From an uncultured Acidobacteriaceae bacterium (lineage in GTDB: Bacteria > Acidobacteriota > Terriglobia > Terriglobales > Acidobacteriaceae): a stretch of DNA of 64,000 bases. The stretch covers positions 36,124 through 100,123 of the forward strand of contig CAVPCG010000025.1 of the NCBI GenBank assembly GCA_963702325.1, in the 5' to 3' direction. The notes under the pieces are model-generated. The model saw only the letters and a program-made list of their open reading frames with translations, ran no database searches and was not told the origin of the DNA. Within the stretch, counting starts at the first letter, position 1; each line of letters starts with the position of its first letter. Below, one piece after another: positions 8,363 to 16,744 of this stretch. A program made the position numbers and the translations under genes.

Positions 8363-9309
8363 CCTATTTCCTTAGGGGCGCGTTGCTATGGGTTGGCGCA
8401 TTCTTTCTCATATATGTCACGCTTTCCATCGGCGTCGCCTGCGCTTGGCAGTTCCTAAACAGAAGGGCCACACCATCGAACGCATCCTTCTTGTATGGAT
8501 TGCGAGCCCTTCCTCTTGCGGCAGCAGTTGCTCTTGTCGTTTTTTTGGTCGTACCCTCATTTCTTTTCCTGGAACCCTATCAGACCGGCGAAAGAATTGG
8601 CATTTTAGGCCTCGGGCTGGCCTGTGGTGGAATCGTGGTCCTCGGTTTCGGAGCCGTCTCTGCTCTCTGGGCCTTACGGAAAACGGGTCAATTTCTCGCG
8701 TCGTACCCGGACAAGCGTTCGAGGCAATTGGACAAATCACAGGTGGTTGAAATTGCTACCGCGACGCCCATGCTTTTAGTTGCGGGTATTTGTCGGCCCA
8801 AGCTGCTCATTTCAGAACAGGCGGTTCAACTCTTGGATGAAGGCGAAACCCAGGTGGCAATCCGGCATGAACTGGCTCACGTGAGTTTCCACGACAACTT
8901 CAAAAAGCTGACGCTTCGAGCCGCGAAATTCCCGTTTCTGTCAGGATTGGAACAGAGTTGGATGCACGCAGCGGAAGTTGCCGCCGATGATGCCGCCGTG
9001 ACCGATGAGTCCAGCGCTCTCGATCTCGCGTCCGCCTTGCTCAAGATAGCGGCTCAGACTTCCGCCATACAAATACCCGACCTTGCAACAAGCCTCGTAC
9101 CGGACAGAGACAGATGCAAAGACAAAGACAAAGACGAGGCTCTGCGCGCGCGTATCGAACGCCTGATGGCGTGGCATCCCCGCCCAGCGACCCCGCGACG
9201 CAGGCAACCATCGGCGCTATTCATCGTGAGCGGATTGCTTCTGCTGGCAGTCTGCTACGGCCCATTGTTGCGTCATGTCCACGATCTAAGCGAACTGTTC
9301 ATCCGGTAG
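8359..9309 (+). CDS. BlaR1-like M56 family membrane metallopeptidase (no extracellular penicillin-binding sensor domain)
   Basis: The GTG start overlaps the blaI-like stop (GTGA). Multiple TM helices. HELAHV zinc motif (AIRHELAHVSFHD). Only 316 aa. Confidence 0.75.
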   Translation: MTYFLRGALLWVGAFFLIYVTLSIGVACAWQFLNRRATPSNASFLYGLRALPLAAAVALVVFLVVPSFLFLEPYQTGERIGILGLGLACGGIVVLGFGAVSALWALRKTGQFLASYPDKRSRQLDKSQVVEIATATPMLLVAGICRPKLLISEQAVQLLDEGETQVAIRHELAHVSFHDNFKKLTLRAAKFPFLSGLEQSWMHAAEVAADDAAVTDESSALDLASALLKIAAQTSAIQIPDLATSLVPDRDRCKDKDKDEALRARIERLMAWHPRPATPRRRQPSALFIVSGLLLLAVCYGPLLRHVHDLSELFIR

Positions 9310-9500
9310 ATATTGACGCATCAAGTTGAAGCCCTGAGGCTCGCGTAGGAGAGCTCCATGAAGGATGCGACGGTCGCGATTGTCACATATAAGGCACCAA
9401 GTAATCGCCTGAGATTAATTCGCCGCAACCAACTCGTCTCTCCCGGAAATGAAGTATGAAGAAAGTGTGGCTCCTGGAACCAGACCGCTCCCAAAACGCC

Positions 9501-9909
9501 ATGAAGCGGCAAACGGAGTTGCTGCGATTCAACGGCGCTGTCGAGACGGGATCCTGCCATTGATGCTTGGATGCAAGAGCATGCAGGTGAATTAGGAGCT
9601 ATCGCGCAGCAGTGGTTCGAGATGATGCGAAAATGCGGGGACGAAGTCCGGGAGCTTTTGCATGACGGCTGTCCGGTCGCATGTTTGGGAGATGTGCCCT
9701 TCGGCTACGTTAATGTATTCACTTCGCACGTAAACGTCGGGTTCTTTCAGGGCGCAGCCCTCCCCGATCAGGCTCGCTTGTTGCAAGGCACCGGCAAGTT
9801 CATGCGCCACGTGAAGTTGACACCCGGAACGGCCACGAACGCCGCAGCACTAAGAAGGCTCATCCATGCAGCCTACGCCGATATAAAGGCCCGTGTCGAA
9901 AACGGCTAG
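9501..9909 (+). CDS. DUF1801-domain protein, apparent 1-nt frameshift near 9548
   Basis: Track ORF 9571..9909 (…HDGCPVACLGDVPFGYVNVFTSHVNVGFFQGA…MRHVKL). The upstream frame from ATG 9501 gives MKRQTELLRFNGAVET, and the downstream frame resumes DPAIDAWMQEH. The join lies at a GGG run. Confidence 0.55.
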
Positions 9910-10253
9910 CCTTAGAGGAAACCCTGCCGCGTGCCCTTTCTAACGCTAGAAGTTTTGACTGCGGATGTTGGAAATGAATCCAAAACCAGCGGCAATAACA
10001 AACTAGTCAATGTGAACGTCAGTGGAAATCCTTGTCATGTTTCGTGACACGGCTCCGCGGAGCCCAACAAAATGATCTAAATTCCCGCAAGAAGGCGATC
10101 CACGCACAAACATTAAAATTTTTCAATACTCCCGCAGTGCCATTGGCGTCTGTGCTACTTTACCCTCGTCTCCACACCCGCTACGATTCGTTCGCCTTCA
10201 TTTCTTAAAATACTTCTAAATTCACGGCGCATTCGGGAGCAATTGAAACGTTC

Positions 10254-10673
10254 ATGAAACCAAAGAAAACAATACTTTGTGCTGACGCTAATGAGCAGTC
10301 GCTCTCCATACGAAAAGTTATGCTTGAAACCCGGGGCTACCGCGTGCTGACCTACTCAAGCAGCGACAAAGCTCTGCAACGCTTCAAGGAAGGGGGCATT
10401 GATCTGGTGCTCGCTGATTTGATTATGCCGGGTTTTGACGGCACTCGGTTAGTCGAGCAGATCAAGAGCCTTTCTCCGGAAACGCCCGCGATTCTGCTGT
10501 CTTCCAAAGTGAGAAGTTATGACCGCGAGAGTCGCGCCGATGTTTTTTTATCCAAAGGCATGTATGGCCCCGCCGAATTGCTTGATCGGATTCGTCTTCT
10601 ATTGGTGCGCAAGCGCGGCCCCAAACGCTCTCAACCCGTGCCGGTGCCGGGGAATACTTCCACAGCCGCGTAA
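10254..10673 (+). CDS. single-domain response regulator (REC only)
   Basis: CheY-like receiver: KTILCADANEQ, DLVLADLIMPGFDG (phospho-acceptor Asp), PAILLSSK. No output domain. Confidence 0.8.
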   Translation: MKPKKTILCADANEQSLSIRKVMLETRGYRVLTYSSSDKALQRFKEGGIDLVLADLIMPGFDGTRLVEQIKSLSPETPAILLSSKVRSYDRESRADVFLSKGMYGPAELLDRIRLLLVRKRGPKRSQPVPVPGNTSTAA

Positions 10674-10781
10674 AATTATCCGTCACCAACTGTTTTGAGT
10701 CGGTCAGTTGGAACTTCTACCATCCCAACGTCATTCCTACCATCCGGCGCCTCCCACCACGCCGATGTCACCCGTAACCCT

Positions 10782-10835
10782 GACGTCATCCTGGAGGGGC
10801 TTCAGTCCCGAAGGATCTCGCGCGTAGCGGTAGTG
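10782..10835 (+). repeat. hairpin repeat family D (GACGTCATCCTG...GAAGGATCTCGCGCGTAG)
   Basis: Shares both ends with the inverted copy at 47550..47588. A related variant is at 29771..29832. Confidence 0.5.
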
Positions 10836-10985
10836 ATCCTCTCGGGTTCAAGATAATGTCCGACATTTAAGCCGGAACTCTAAACTGAGCCGTTGCTGTT
10901 CATCTCCCGGCCTCGCCAAATTGTCGTGTAATATTGATTTTCGCTTGCCTTGGATGGACCAGACGTGAATCCACGGCTTTCTTCC

Positions 10986-11660
10986 ATGCCCGCAATTATC
11001 GAAGCAACAGATCTCCGCAAGACTTACCACGTGGGCAAGATAGAAGTCCCCGCATTACGCGGCGTTTCCTTTACCGTGCAGAAGGGAGAATTTGTAAGCG
11101 TAGTTGGCCCGTCGGGCAGCGGCAAATCTACGCTCTTTTATCTTCTAGGGGGGCTGACCCGACCCGACTCCGGACATGTGATTGTTGACGGAGCCGATTT
11201 TGCGAAGCTTTCCGATGCGGAACGAACCCGCATGAGAAAGCGGAAAATAGGGTTTGTTTTCCAGAAATTTAATCTTCTGCCGACCCTTGATGCTTCCACC
11301 AATATCGAAATGGCGCGCGAGATTGCCGGCACAAACGGTGATAAGGACAATGCCTACCTCAATAAGATTATCGGCCTGCTGGGGCTCGAGAAGCGTCTGC
11401 CTCACCGGCCATCGGAACTCTCTGGCGGGGAACAGCAGCGAGTCGCGTTAGCCAGAGCATTGGTAAACAAGCCGGCAATTGTGCTTGCCGATGAGCCTAC
11501 CGGCAACCTCGACACGAAGAATTCGGAGATTGTCCTCAATATGCTTCGCCATTCCAATCGTGAGCTAGGACAAACAGTCCTAATGATCACGCATAATCCC
11601 GAGGCCGCGGCCTACGGAGACCGAATCATCCACATGCGCGACGGTCAGATCGCAGCTTGA
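10986..11660 (+). CDS. ABC transporter ATP-binding protein (LolD/MacB/FtsE-like), no adjacent permease
   Basis: Walker [10 protein letters not shown], signature [15 protein letters not shown], Walker [13 protein letters not shown] and H-loop ITHN. ATG 10986 ([12 protein letters not shown]) lies within track ORF 10950..11660. Confidence 0.85.
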   Translation: MPAIIEATDLRKTYHVGKIEVPALRGVSFTVQKGEFVSVVGPSGSGKSTLFYLLGGLTRPDSGHVIVDGADFAKLSDAERTRMRKRKIGFVFQKFNLLPTLDASTNIEMAREIAGTNGDKDNAYLNKIIGLLGLEKRLPHRPSELSGGEQQRVALARALVNKPAIVLADEPTGNLDTKNSEIVLNMLRHSNRELGQTVLMITHNPEAAAYGDRIIHMRDGQIAA

Positions 11661-11666
11661 GAGGTT

Positions 11667-11794
11667 GCGGAAAAATGAAGAGAATGCGCGGAAAAGGGAA
11701 GGGCCCGACTTACAGTCGGGCCGTAGATGCTGCAAAATCAGTAATCGGCCCGACTGAAAGTCGGGCCCTTCCCGGCTAGAACGAGTTTTTCCGC
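11667..11794 (+). repeat. 128-bp MITE-like element, family B (two GGCCCGACT/AGTCGGGCC hairpins, GCGGAAAAA/TTTTTCCGC ends)
   Basis: Terminal inverted repeat GCGGAAAAA (11667) ... TTTTTCCGC (11794). Core GGGAAGGGCCCGACTTACAGTCGGGCCG...CGGCCCGACTGAAAGTCGGGCCCTTCCC. A second 128-bp copy lies in inverse orientation at 22158..22285. Confidence 0.7.
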
Positions 11795-11951
11795 TGCCTG
11801 TTGAGACGTGTTTGAGAGCGCGCGATACCGGCACGAGTTTTGAGATTTCAGATTTTGAGTTAAAGCGATGGAATGCGAGAACCGTCGTGATTCTGCAATC
11901 TAAAATCTGCACTCTGAAATTGAGGTGTCGCTCCCTCAATCTTTGGTGCCA

Positions 11952-11980
11952 TTGCCTGCCCTTGGCGCGCTGTTTATAAT
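11952..11980 (+). promoter_or_regulatory. candidate promoter for the tRNA-Gly/tRNA-Cys pair
   Basis: TTGCCT (11952..11957), a 17-nt spacer, then a perfect TATAAT (11975..11980) that ends 11 nt before the tRNA-Gly 5' end. Confidence 0.5.
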
Positions 11981-11991
11981 CTGTCTACCGA

Positions 11992-12066
11992 GCGGGAGTA
12001 GCTCAGTGGTAGAGCGCGACCTTGCCAAGGTCGATGTCGCGGGTTCGACCCCCGTCTCCCGCTCCA
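11992..12066 (+). tRNA. tRNA-Gly (anticodon GCC), CCA encoded
   Basis: Manual cloverleaf: acceptor GCGGGAG/CTCCCGC, D arm GCTC-AGTGGTA-GAGC, anticodon arm CGACC-TTGCCAA-GGTCG and T arm GCGGG-TTCGACC-CCCGT. Confidence 0.9.
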
Positions 12067-12122
12067 ATTTCTTGTGTAAATGTCAGCAAGTTATGCGTTT
12101 GCAAGAATTAAGTGGATGGTAA

Positions 12123-12197
12123 GGCGCGGTACCCAAGTGGTAAGGGAGAGGTCTGCAAAACCTTTATGCGTGAGTTCGATTCTCACCCGCGCCTCCA
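12123..12197 (+). tRNA. tRNA-Cys (anticodon GCA), CCA encoded
   Basis: Manual cloverleaf: acceptor GGCGCGG/CCGCGCC, anticodon arm GAGGT-CTGCAAA-ACCTT and T arm GTGAG-TTCGATT-CTCAC. Confidence 0.9.
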
Positions 12198-12646
12198 ACT
12201 TTGATTGCTACAAACCCCAGAGCGTCGCTAACGAGGTCGCTGCTACCGACAAAGCCCGTGTCCTGGGGTCGGCTCGGTTCGTCCCGAAGCTTCGTTGGAC
12301 GATTGGCATGTGGCGTGTAACAGCTTTGGGATCGTCATCGTGCAACTCCTCCAGCGCTGTTTCAAAATTGTGCTTCAGCTCTCCTTGCAACTTAGGGGCT
12401 GGCATGATCGTTGGTCTATTCATCATTCATCCTCGTGAACTTCATGATTACAAGCCATGAGGCAATGTTGAACAATACGATTGACTTTCGATTATTCGGC
12501 TTAGTCCGCCTTACTATCTGCTCGTTTCTCTTCCAAAGGTAGGATTTCATACAGTGAGCGCCCTATGAAAGTAGCCTCGGCCGCCTCGCCATTGCCTGCG
12601 CGCCTTCACGAGATCGAACCATCCCCCTGCTAAAATACGTTTAACC

Positions 12647-14005
12647 ATGTTTGAAAATCTTTCAGAGAAACTACAGCGTGCGTTCAAGACCCTGCGTGGG
12701 CAGGCCGTTCTCAATGAAGAGAATATTCAAGAGGCGCTTCGTGAGATTCGCCTGGCCCTGCTTGAAGCGGATGTCAACTTCAAAGTCGTAAAGCAGCTTA
12801 TTGATCGCATCCAGGAGAAAGCTGTCGGTCAACAAGTGGAAACGTCCCTCTCGCCAGGCGAGCAGGTAATTAAGATCGTTCGCGATGAGCTGATCGAGAC
12901 CTTAGGCCGGGACACGGCTCGAATAAAATTCGCTTCCCAGCCTCCAACCGTAGTTCTGATGGCCGGCCTTCAGGGTTCAGGCAAAACAACCACATCCGGC
13001 AAGCTGGCAAATTGGTTCAAGAATGGCGGGCATCGGCCTCTGCTGGTTTCCGTTGACGTCTATCGGCCTGCCGCTCGTGAGCAGCTCAAAGTTGTGGCTC
13101 ACGCCATCAAAGCCAACATTTACGAAGGCGAAGTCGGAGAAGCCAATACGGCCACCGTCGAACGTCTCGCCAAGGAAGCGCGAAAAGAAGCTATCAACAC
13201 TGGCTCCGATGTTCTCATCGTGGACACCGCCGGCCGGCTCCACATAGACGACCAGCTTATGGATGAAATGCAATCGCTGAAGCGATTGCTAAATCCGCAG
13301 GAAATATTATTCGTCGCCGATGCCATGACCGGCCAGGATGCGGTGCGGTCCGCCGAGGAATTTCACAAGAAGCTTTCGCTGACTGGCGTAGTGCTCACGA
13401 AAATGGATGGCGACGCCCGTGGTGGCGCGGCTCTTTCCATCCGGCAGGTCACGGGTCAGCCCATTAAGTTCATCGGCGTCGGAGAAAAATACGACGCTCT
13501 CGAGCCATTCCATCCTGACCGCATTGTGTCGCGCATTCTCGGAATGGGCGACATTCTCTCCCTCATCGAAAAAGCCGAGCAGCATGTTGACAAGAAGAAG
13601 GCTCAGGACATGGCCAGCAGGGCTCTGGCCGGGGATGGGTTTTCGCTGGAAGATTTTCGCGATCAACTTCTTCAAGTCAAGAAAATGGGATCCATCCAGA
13701 GTTTGATGGGAATGTTGCCCAGCATCGGTCCCTTTGCCGGTTTACAAAAAGCTGCCGACAAAGTGGATGAAAAACAGATCAGCCGCGTCGAGGCCATTAT
13801 CAACTCAATGACAGCCCACGAACGCCTTCACCATGAGGTGATGAACGGAAGCCGCCGCAAGCGCATTGCCAGAGGCTCCGGCACCAGCGTTCAGGAGGTC
13901 AATAATCTGCTGCGCCAGTATGCGCAGATGCGAAAAATGTTCAAGCAGATGGGGAAGGGTAATTTCGCGCGCAGGTTTGCCGGCATGAAGTTTCCCGGGA
14001 TGTAA
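12647..14005 (+). CDS. ffh: signal recognition particle protein Ffh
   Basis: NG domain motifs GLQGSGKTTT, DTAGRL and TKMDGDARGGAALS, with a Met-rich M domain (MGSIQSLMGMLP). Confidence 0.95.
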   Translation: MFENLSEKLQRAFKTLRGQAVLNEENIQEALREIRLALLEADVNFKVVKQLIDRIQEKAVGQQVETSLSPGEQVIKIVRDELIETLGRDTARIKFASQPPTVVLMAGLQGSGKTTTSGKLANWFKNGGHRPLLVSVDVYRPAAREQLKVVAHAIKANIYEGEVGEANTATVERLAKEARKEAINTGSDVLIVDTAGRLHIDDQLMDEMQSLKRLLNPQEILFVADAMTGQDAVRSAEEFHKKLSLTGVVLTKMDGDARGGAALSIRQVTGQPIKFIGVGEKYDALEPFHPDRIVSRILGMGDILSLIEKAEQHVDKKKAQDMASRALAGDGFSLEDFRDQLLQVKKMGSIQSLMGMLPSIGPFAGLQKAADKVDEKQISRVEAIINSMTAHERLHHEVMNGSRRKRIARGSGTSVQEVNNLLRQYAQMRKMFKQMGKGNFARRFAGMKFPGM

Positions 14006-14319
14006 CGTATGGAGGATTTTTTCGCTCGCCATACGTTCTCCAATCTACAATGGCTCTACAAGCATTCAGCGGGGTATTGATATGCCTTCGCGATCCAGGA
14101 AAAAGAAACTAGTCAAAATCCTTTCGCCGAAAGACCCGCTAGCGAGGGATGAGGGGCTGCGACTCATCCCCCTGGATGATCGCCTGACCCAAGGCACCGC
14201 TTCCTCGCGCACGGATTATTATTTATCGCTTGCCGACAAAATGCTTGGGATAAAAGAACAGCCATAAAACACGCTTGGTAGCTTTTCTCCAGTGTGAATG
14301 GATCCCGGCGATTTGCGCG

Positions 14320-14562
14320 TCACAGTTTTTTCCTGAAATATTCAAAAACTACATACCCCGCGAAAGCGGAGATCATGGCAATAAGAAAATTAGCAATCGT
14401 AAAAATATCCCGGAGAGCGAATGCCAGATTTTTCCCCTGTCCATTTGCGTGGGTAAATTCGCCCATCAACAGGTTCGAATAAAACAGAAAGATTATGAAA
14501 GCCATTTCGACTATGGCTCTCCAAACGGAAGCCAGCTTTCGAGGATGTTTCTCGTGATCCAT
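14320..14562 (-). CDS. small hypothetical membrane protein (2 predicted TM helices)
   Basis: 80-aa ORF with two hydrophobic stretches (AIVEMAFIIFLFYSNLLMG, IANFLIAMISAFAGYVVF). No family recognised. Confidence 0.35.
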   Translation of the reverse strand: MDHEKHPRKLASVWRAIVEMAFIIFLFYSNLLMGEFTHANGQGKNLAFALRDIFTIANFLIAMISAFAGYVVFEYFRKKL

Positions 14563-14641
14563 CGTCGAAACTATATCGCAACCGCTGCAACGCCCATACA
14601 GCTATAATCCCGTCTGCCATCTTCATTTTAAGGAGAACAGC

Positions 14642-15385
14642 ATGAATTTTTCGGGCCGGGTCGCGCTTGTCACCGGGGCCTCTCAGGGCATCGGTCGAGC
14701 GTGCGCAGTGAGGCTGGCACAGGCTGGCGCCACAGTGGCGGTGGCCGCGCGTAACGAAGAAAAATTAAGAGAATTGGTGAATGAGATCACCGCAACTGGC
14801 GGGAAATCTTCTGCCTTCGTGATGGATGTTGCAGACGAAACCCAAGTCAAGAACGCCATCAAACAAGCGCTGGCCGATCTCGGGAAAATAGATATCCTCG
14901 TAAATAACGCTGGCATTACGCGAGATCAGCTGGTCATGCGAATGAAGCGCGCCGATTGGGATTCCGTTATCAACACCAATTTAACGTCCGCTTACCTTTG
15001 CACTCAACAAGTGATCGGCTCCATGCTCAAGCAGCGTTGGGGGCGCATCATCAACATTACCTCCATCTTTGGGCAGACGGGGCAAGCTGGCCAGGCGAAC
15101 TACGCAGCGTCAAAAGCGGGATTGATCGGCCTGACCATGGCGATCGCCCGCGAGGTCGGATCGCGAAATATCACCTGCAATGCGATCGCTCCCGGATTTA
15201 TCGAAACTGCCATGACCGCCGGACTTGCCGACGACCTCAAAAAGGAAGCGTTAAAAATGATTCCGCTCGGCCGCATCGGCACTCCCGAAGACGTTGCATC
15301 TGCGGCCGCATTTCTCGCTTCTGAGGAATCCTCATACATCACCGGCCACGTTCTGAGCGTGAACGGCGGAATGTTAATGGGGTGA
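14642..15385 (+). CDS. fabG: 3-oxoacyl-[acyl-carrier-protein] reductase
   Basis: SDR motifs TGASQGIGRA, NNAG and YAASKAG. 247 aa, with the typical FabG C-terminus GHVLSVNGGMLMG. Confidence 0.9.
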   Translation: MNFSGRVALVTGASQGIGRACAVRLAQAGATVAVAARNEEKLRELVNEITATGGKSSAFVMDVADETQVKNAIKQALADLGKIDILVNNAGITRDQLVMRMKRADWDSVINTNLTSAYLCTQQVIGSMLKQRWGRIINITSIFGQTGQAGQANYAASKAGLIGLTMAIAREVGSRNITCNAIAPGFIETAMTAGLADDLKKEALKMIPLGRIGTPEDVASAAAFLASEESSYITGHVLSVNGGMLMG

Positions 15386-15521
15386 GAGCAGCTGTTGGCC
15401 ACCCCAACTCATTCGCGTTCTTTGCGGATTCAGCGAGTAGGCGGCGGGGTTTGGCGTCCACTATCCAACAGTTCGACTGAGATCGGTTGATTCACGTTGC
15501 CGCTACAATGTTTCCATCGCG

Positions 15522-16096
15522 ATGAAAGCTCGACCTTCGATTCAGAGACAAAAATCTTCCACTCAGGTGCCAGCGGCGCAGAAAGACTTGCGTTCGCCCC
15601 TGGCCGCCTTCATGATTGCGATCATTTTAGCGGCGGCTGTATTCGCAATTTATAGCCCGCACTTAATTTCCAATTTATTCTCGACGACCATCACTTCGTG
15701 AATGATCCCCGCTTGCAATCGTCCGGACACGTGTGGGAATACTTTACAAATTATGTGTGGGCACAAAACGCCGGCGGCCCGGCGAGTTTTTATTGGCCTT
15801 TTTTTGTTTTATGGCTGAGGCTCAGCTTCATTCTAAGCGACACGTATTCCTGGGGATGGCATCTGCTGAGCGTGGCGAAACACGATGAAGCGGTGCCCAT
15901 ATTTCAGCAGGCGATTCAACAATATTCGCAGGACTGGTTTGCGTGGGCGGGTTTAAGAAAGTGTTATTTCAAGCTCAACGACCCGGCCAAGGCCGAGCAG
16001 GCAATGCACCGGGCCGCCGATCTTTCTGGCGAACCCAGAGTGAAAGAAGAGTGGCAAGAAATGAGAGAAAAGATGGATCTTTCTCCCGCGCCTTGA
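15522..16096 (+). pseudogene. short, frameshifted remnant of a membrane/TPR protein
   Basis: ATG 15522 gives MKARPSIQRQK...LAAFMIAIILAAAVFAIYSP. The frame then changes near 15658 to ALNFQFILDDHHFVNDPRLQSS...YSWGWHLLSV, followed directly by a TPR-like tail (AVPIFQQAIQQYSQDWFAWAGLRKCYFKLNDPAKAEQ). My recollection is that homologs with this N-terminus are several-fold longer. Confidence 0.4.
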
Positions 16097-16171
16097 ACTC
16101 TTCTTGAAAGATTTGACAAACAACATCCCTCACCATAAGCTCCTCCATCGCTAGGATTTCACAAACCCCAA

Positions 16172-16630
16172 ATGGAGGACTTCATGATGCATCACAGGCG
16201 GTCGCTGTTCGCAGCACTATTCTTGATCACGGCGTTACTCACTTCGGCGTGGGCAGCGGATGTGCAGGAACAACTGAAGAAATTGGAGATGGATCGCGCC
16301 GAGGCGAATGTTAAGGGCGATGTCTCAATGCTCGACAAACAAACATCCGATGACTACGTGCTGATCAACCTGAACGGAGGGACCGCGGGCAAGGCCGAAA
16401 TGCTCGAGGGCTTCAAATCTGGCCGCACGAAAATCACCACCGACGACTTGTCCGACCTGAAGGTTCGCGTGTATGGCAACACTGCTGTCATCACAGGCAA
16501 AGCTGACGTCAAAGGCACTCTGGGAGGAGCCGACGCTAACGGACAAATTCTGTTCACTCGCGTCTACGTGAAGAAAGATGGACGCTGGCAGTGCGTATCG
16601 CTACAGCAAACCCGCGCGGCCACCCCGTAA
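16172..16630 (+). CDS. secreted NTF2-like / DUF4440-type (SnoaL-like fold) protein
   Basis: Signal peptide SLFAALFLITALLTSAWA. Pattern ...DDYVLINLNGGTAGKAEMLE...VRVYGNTAVITGK...FTRVYVKKDGRWQCVSLQQT is typical of this fold. Confidence 0.55.
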   Translation: MEDFMMHHRRSLFAALFLITALLTSAWAADVQEQLKKLEMDRAEANVKGDVSMLDKQTSDDYVLINLNGGTAGKAEMLEGFKSGRTKITTDDLSDLKVRVYGNTAVITGKADVKGTLGGADANGQILFTRVYVKKDGRWQCVSLQQTRAATP

Positions 16631-16639
16631 TGGTTGGCT

Positions 16640-16735
16640 GAGCCGCCCCGTTCAGCTCTTGATCTCGCCAGCATCGCCCAACTGCGGGTGCCCCATCCTT
16701 CGCCCGGCTTTGCGAAGGGTGGGGGCATACCGAAT
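16640..16735 (+). repeat. REP-like hairpin element, family A
   Basis: GCTCTTGATCTCGCC...GGGTGCCCCATCCTTCGCCCGGCTTTGCGAAGGGTGGGGG. It lies between convergent gene ends (16630 plus, 16745 minus). Confidence 0.65.
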
Positions 16736-16744
16736 GTCAAAGAC

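Noticed and set aside
12208-12426. 72-aa minus-strand ORF next to tRNA-Cys, considered as a ribbon-helix-helix antitoxin or integrase remnant
   Set aside because: It has no partner toxin ORF, no integrase motifs and no attachment-site repeat of the tRNA 3' end. The similarity to RHH proteins was impressionistic only.
14082-14267. 61-aa ORF downstream of ffh (the position where rpsP often lies)
   Set aside because: The sequence (MPSRSRKKKLVKILSPKDPLARDEG...) does not resemble ribosomal protein S16, and there is no clear RBS. It is left unannotated.
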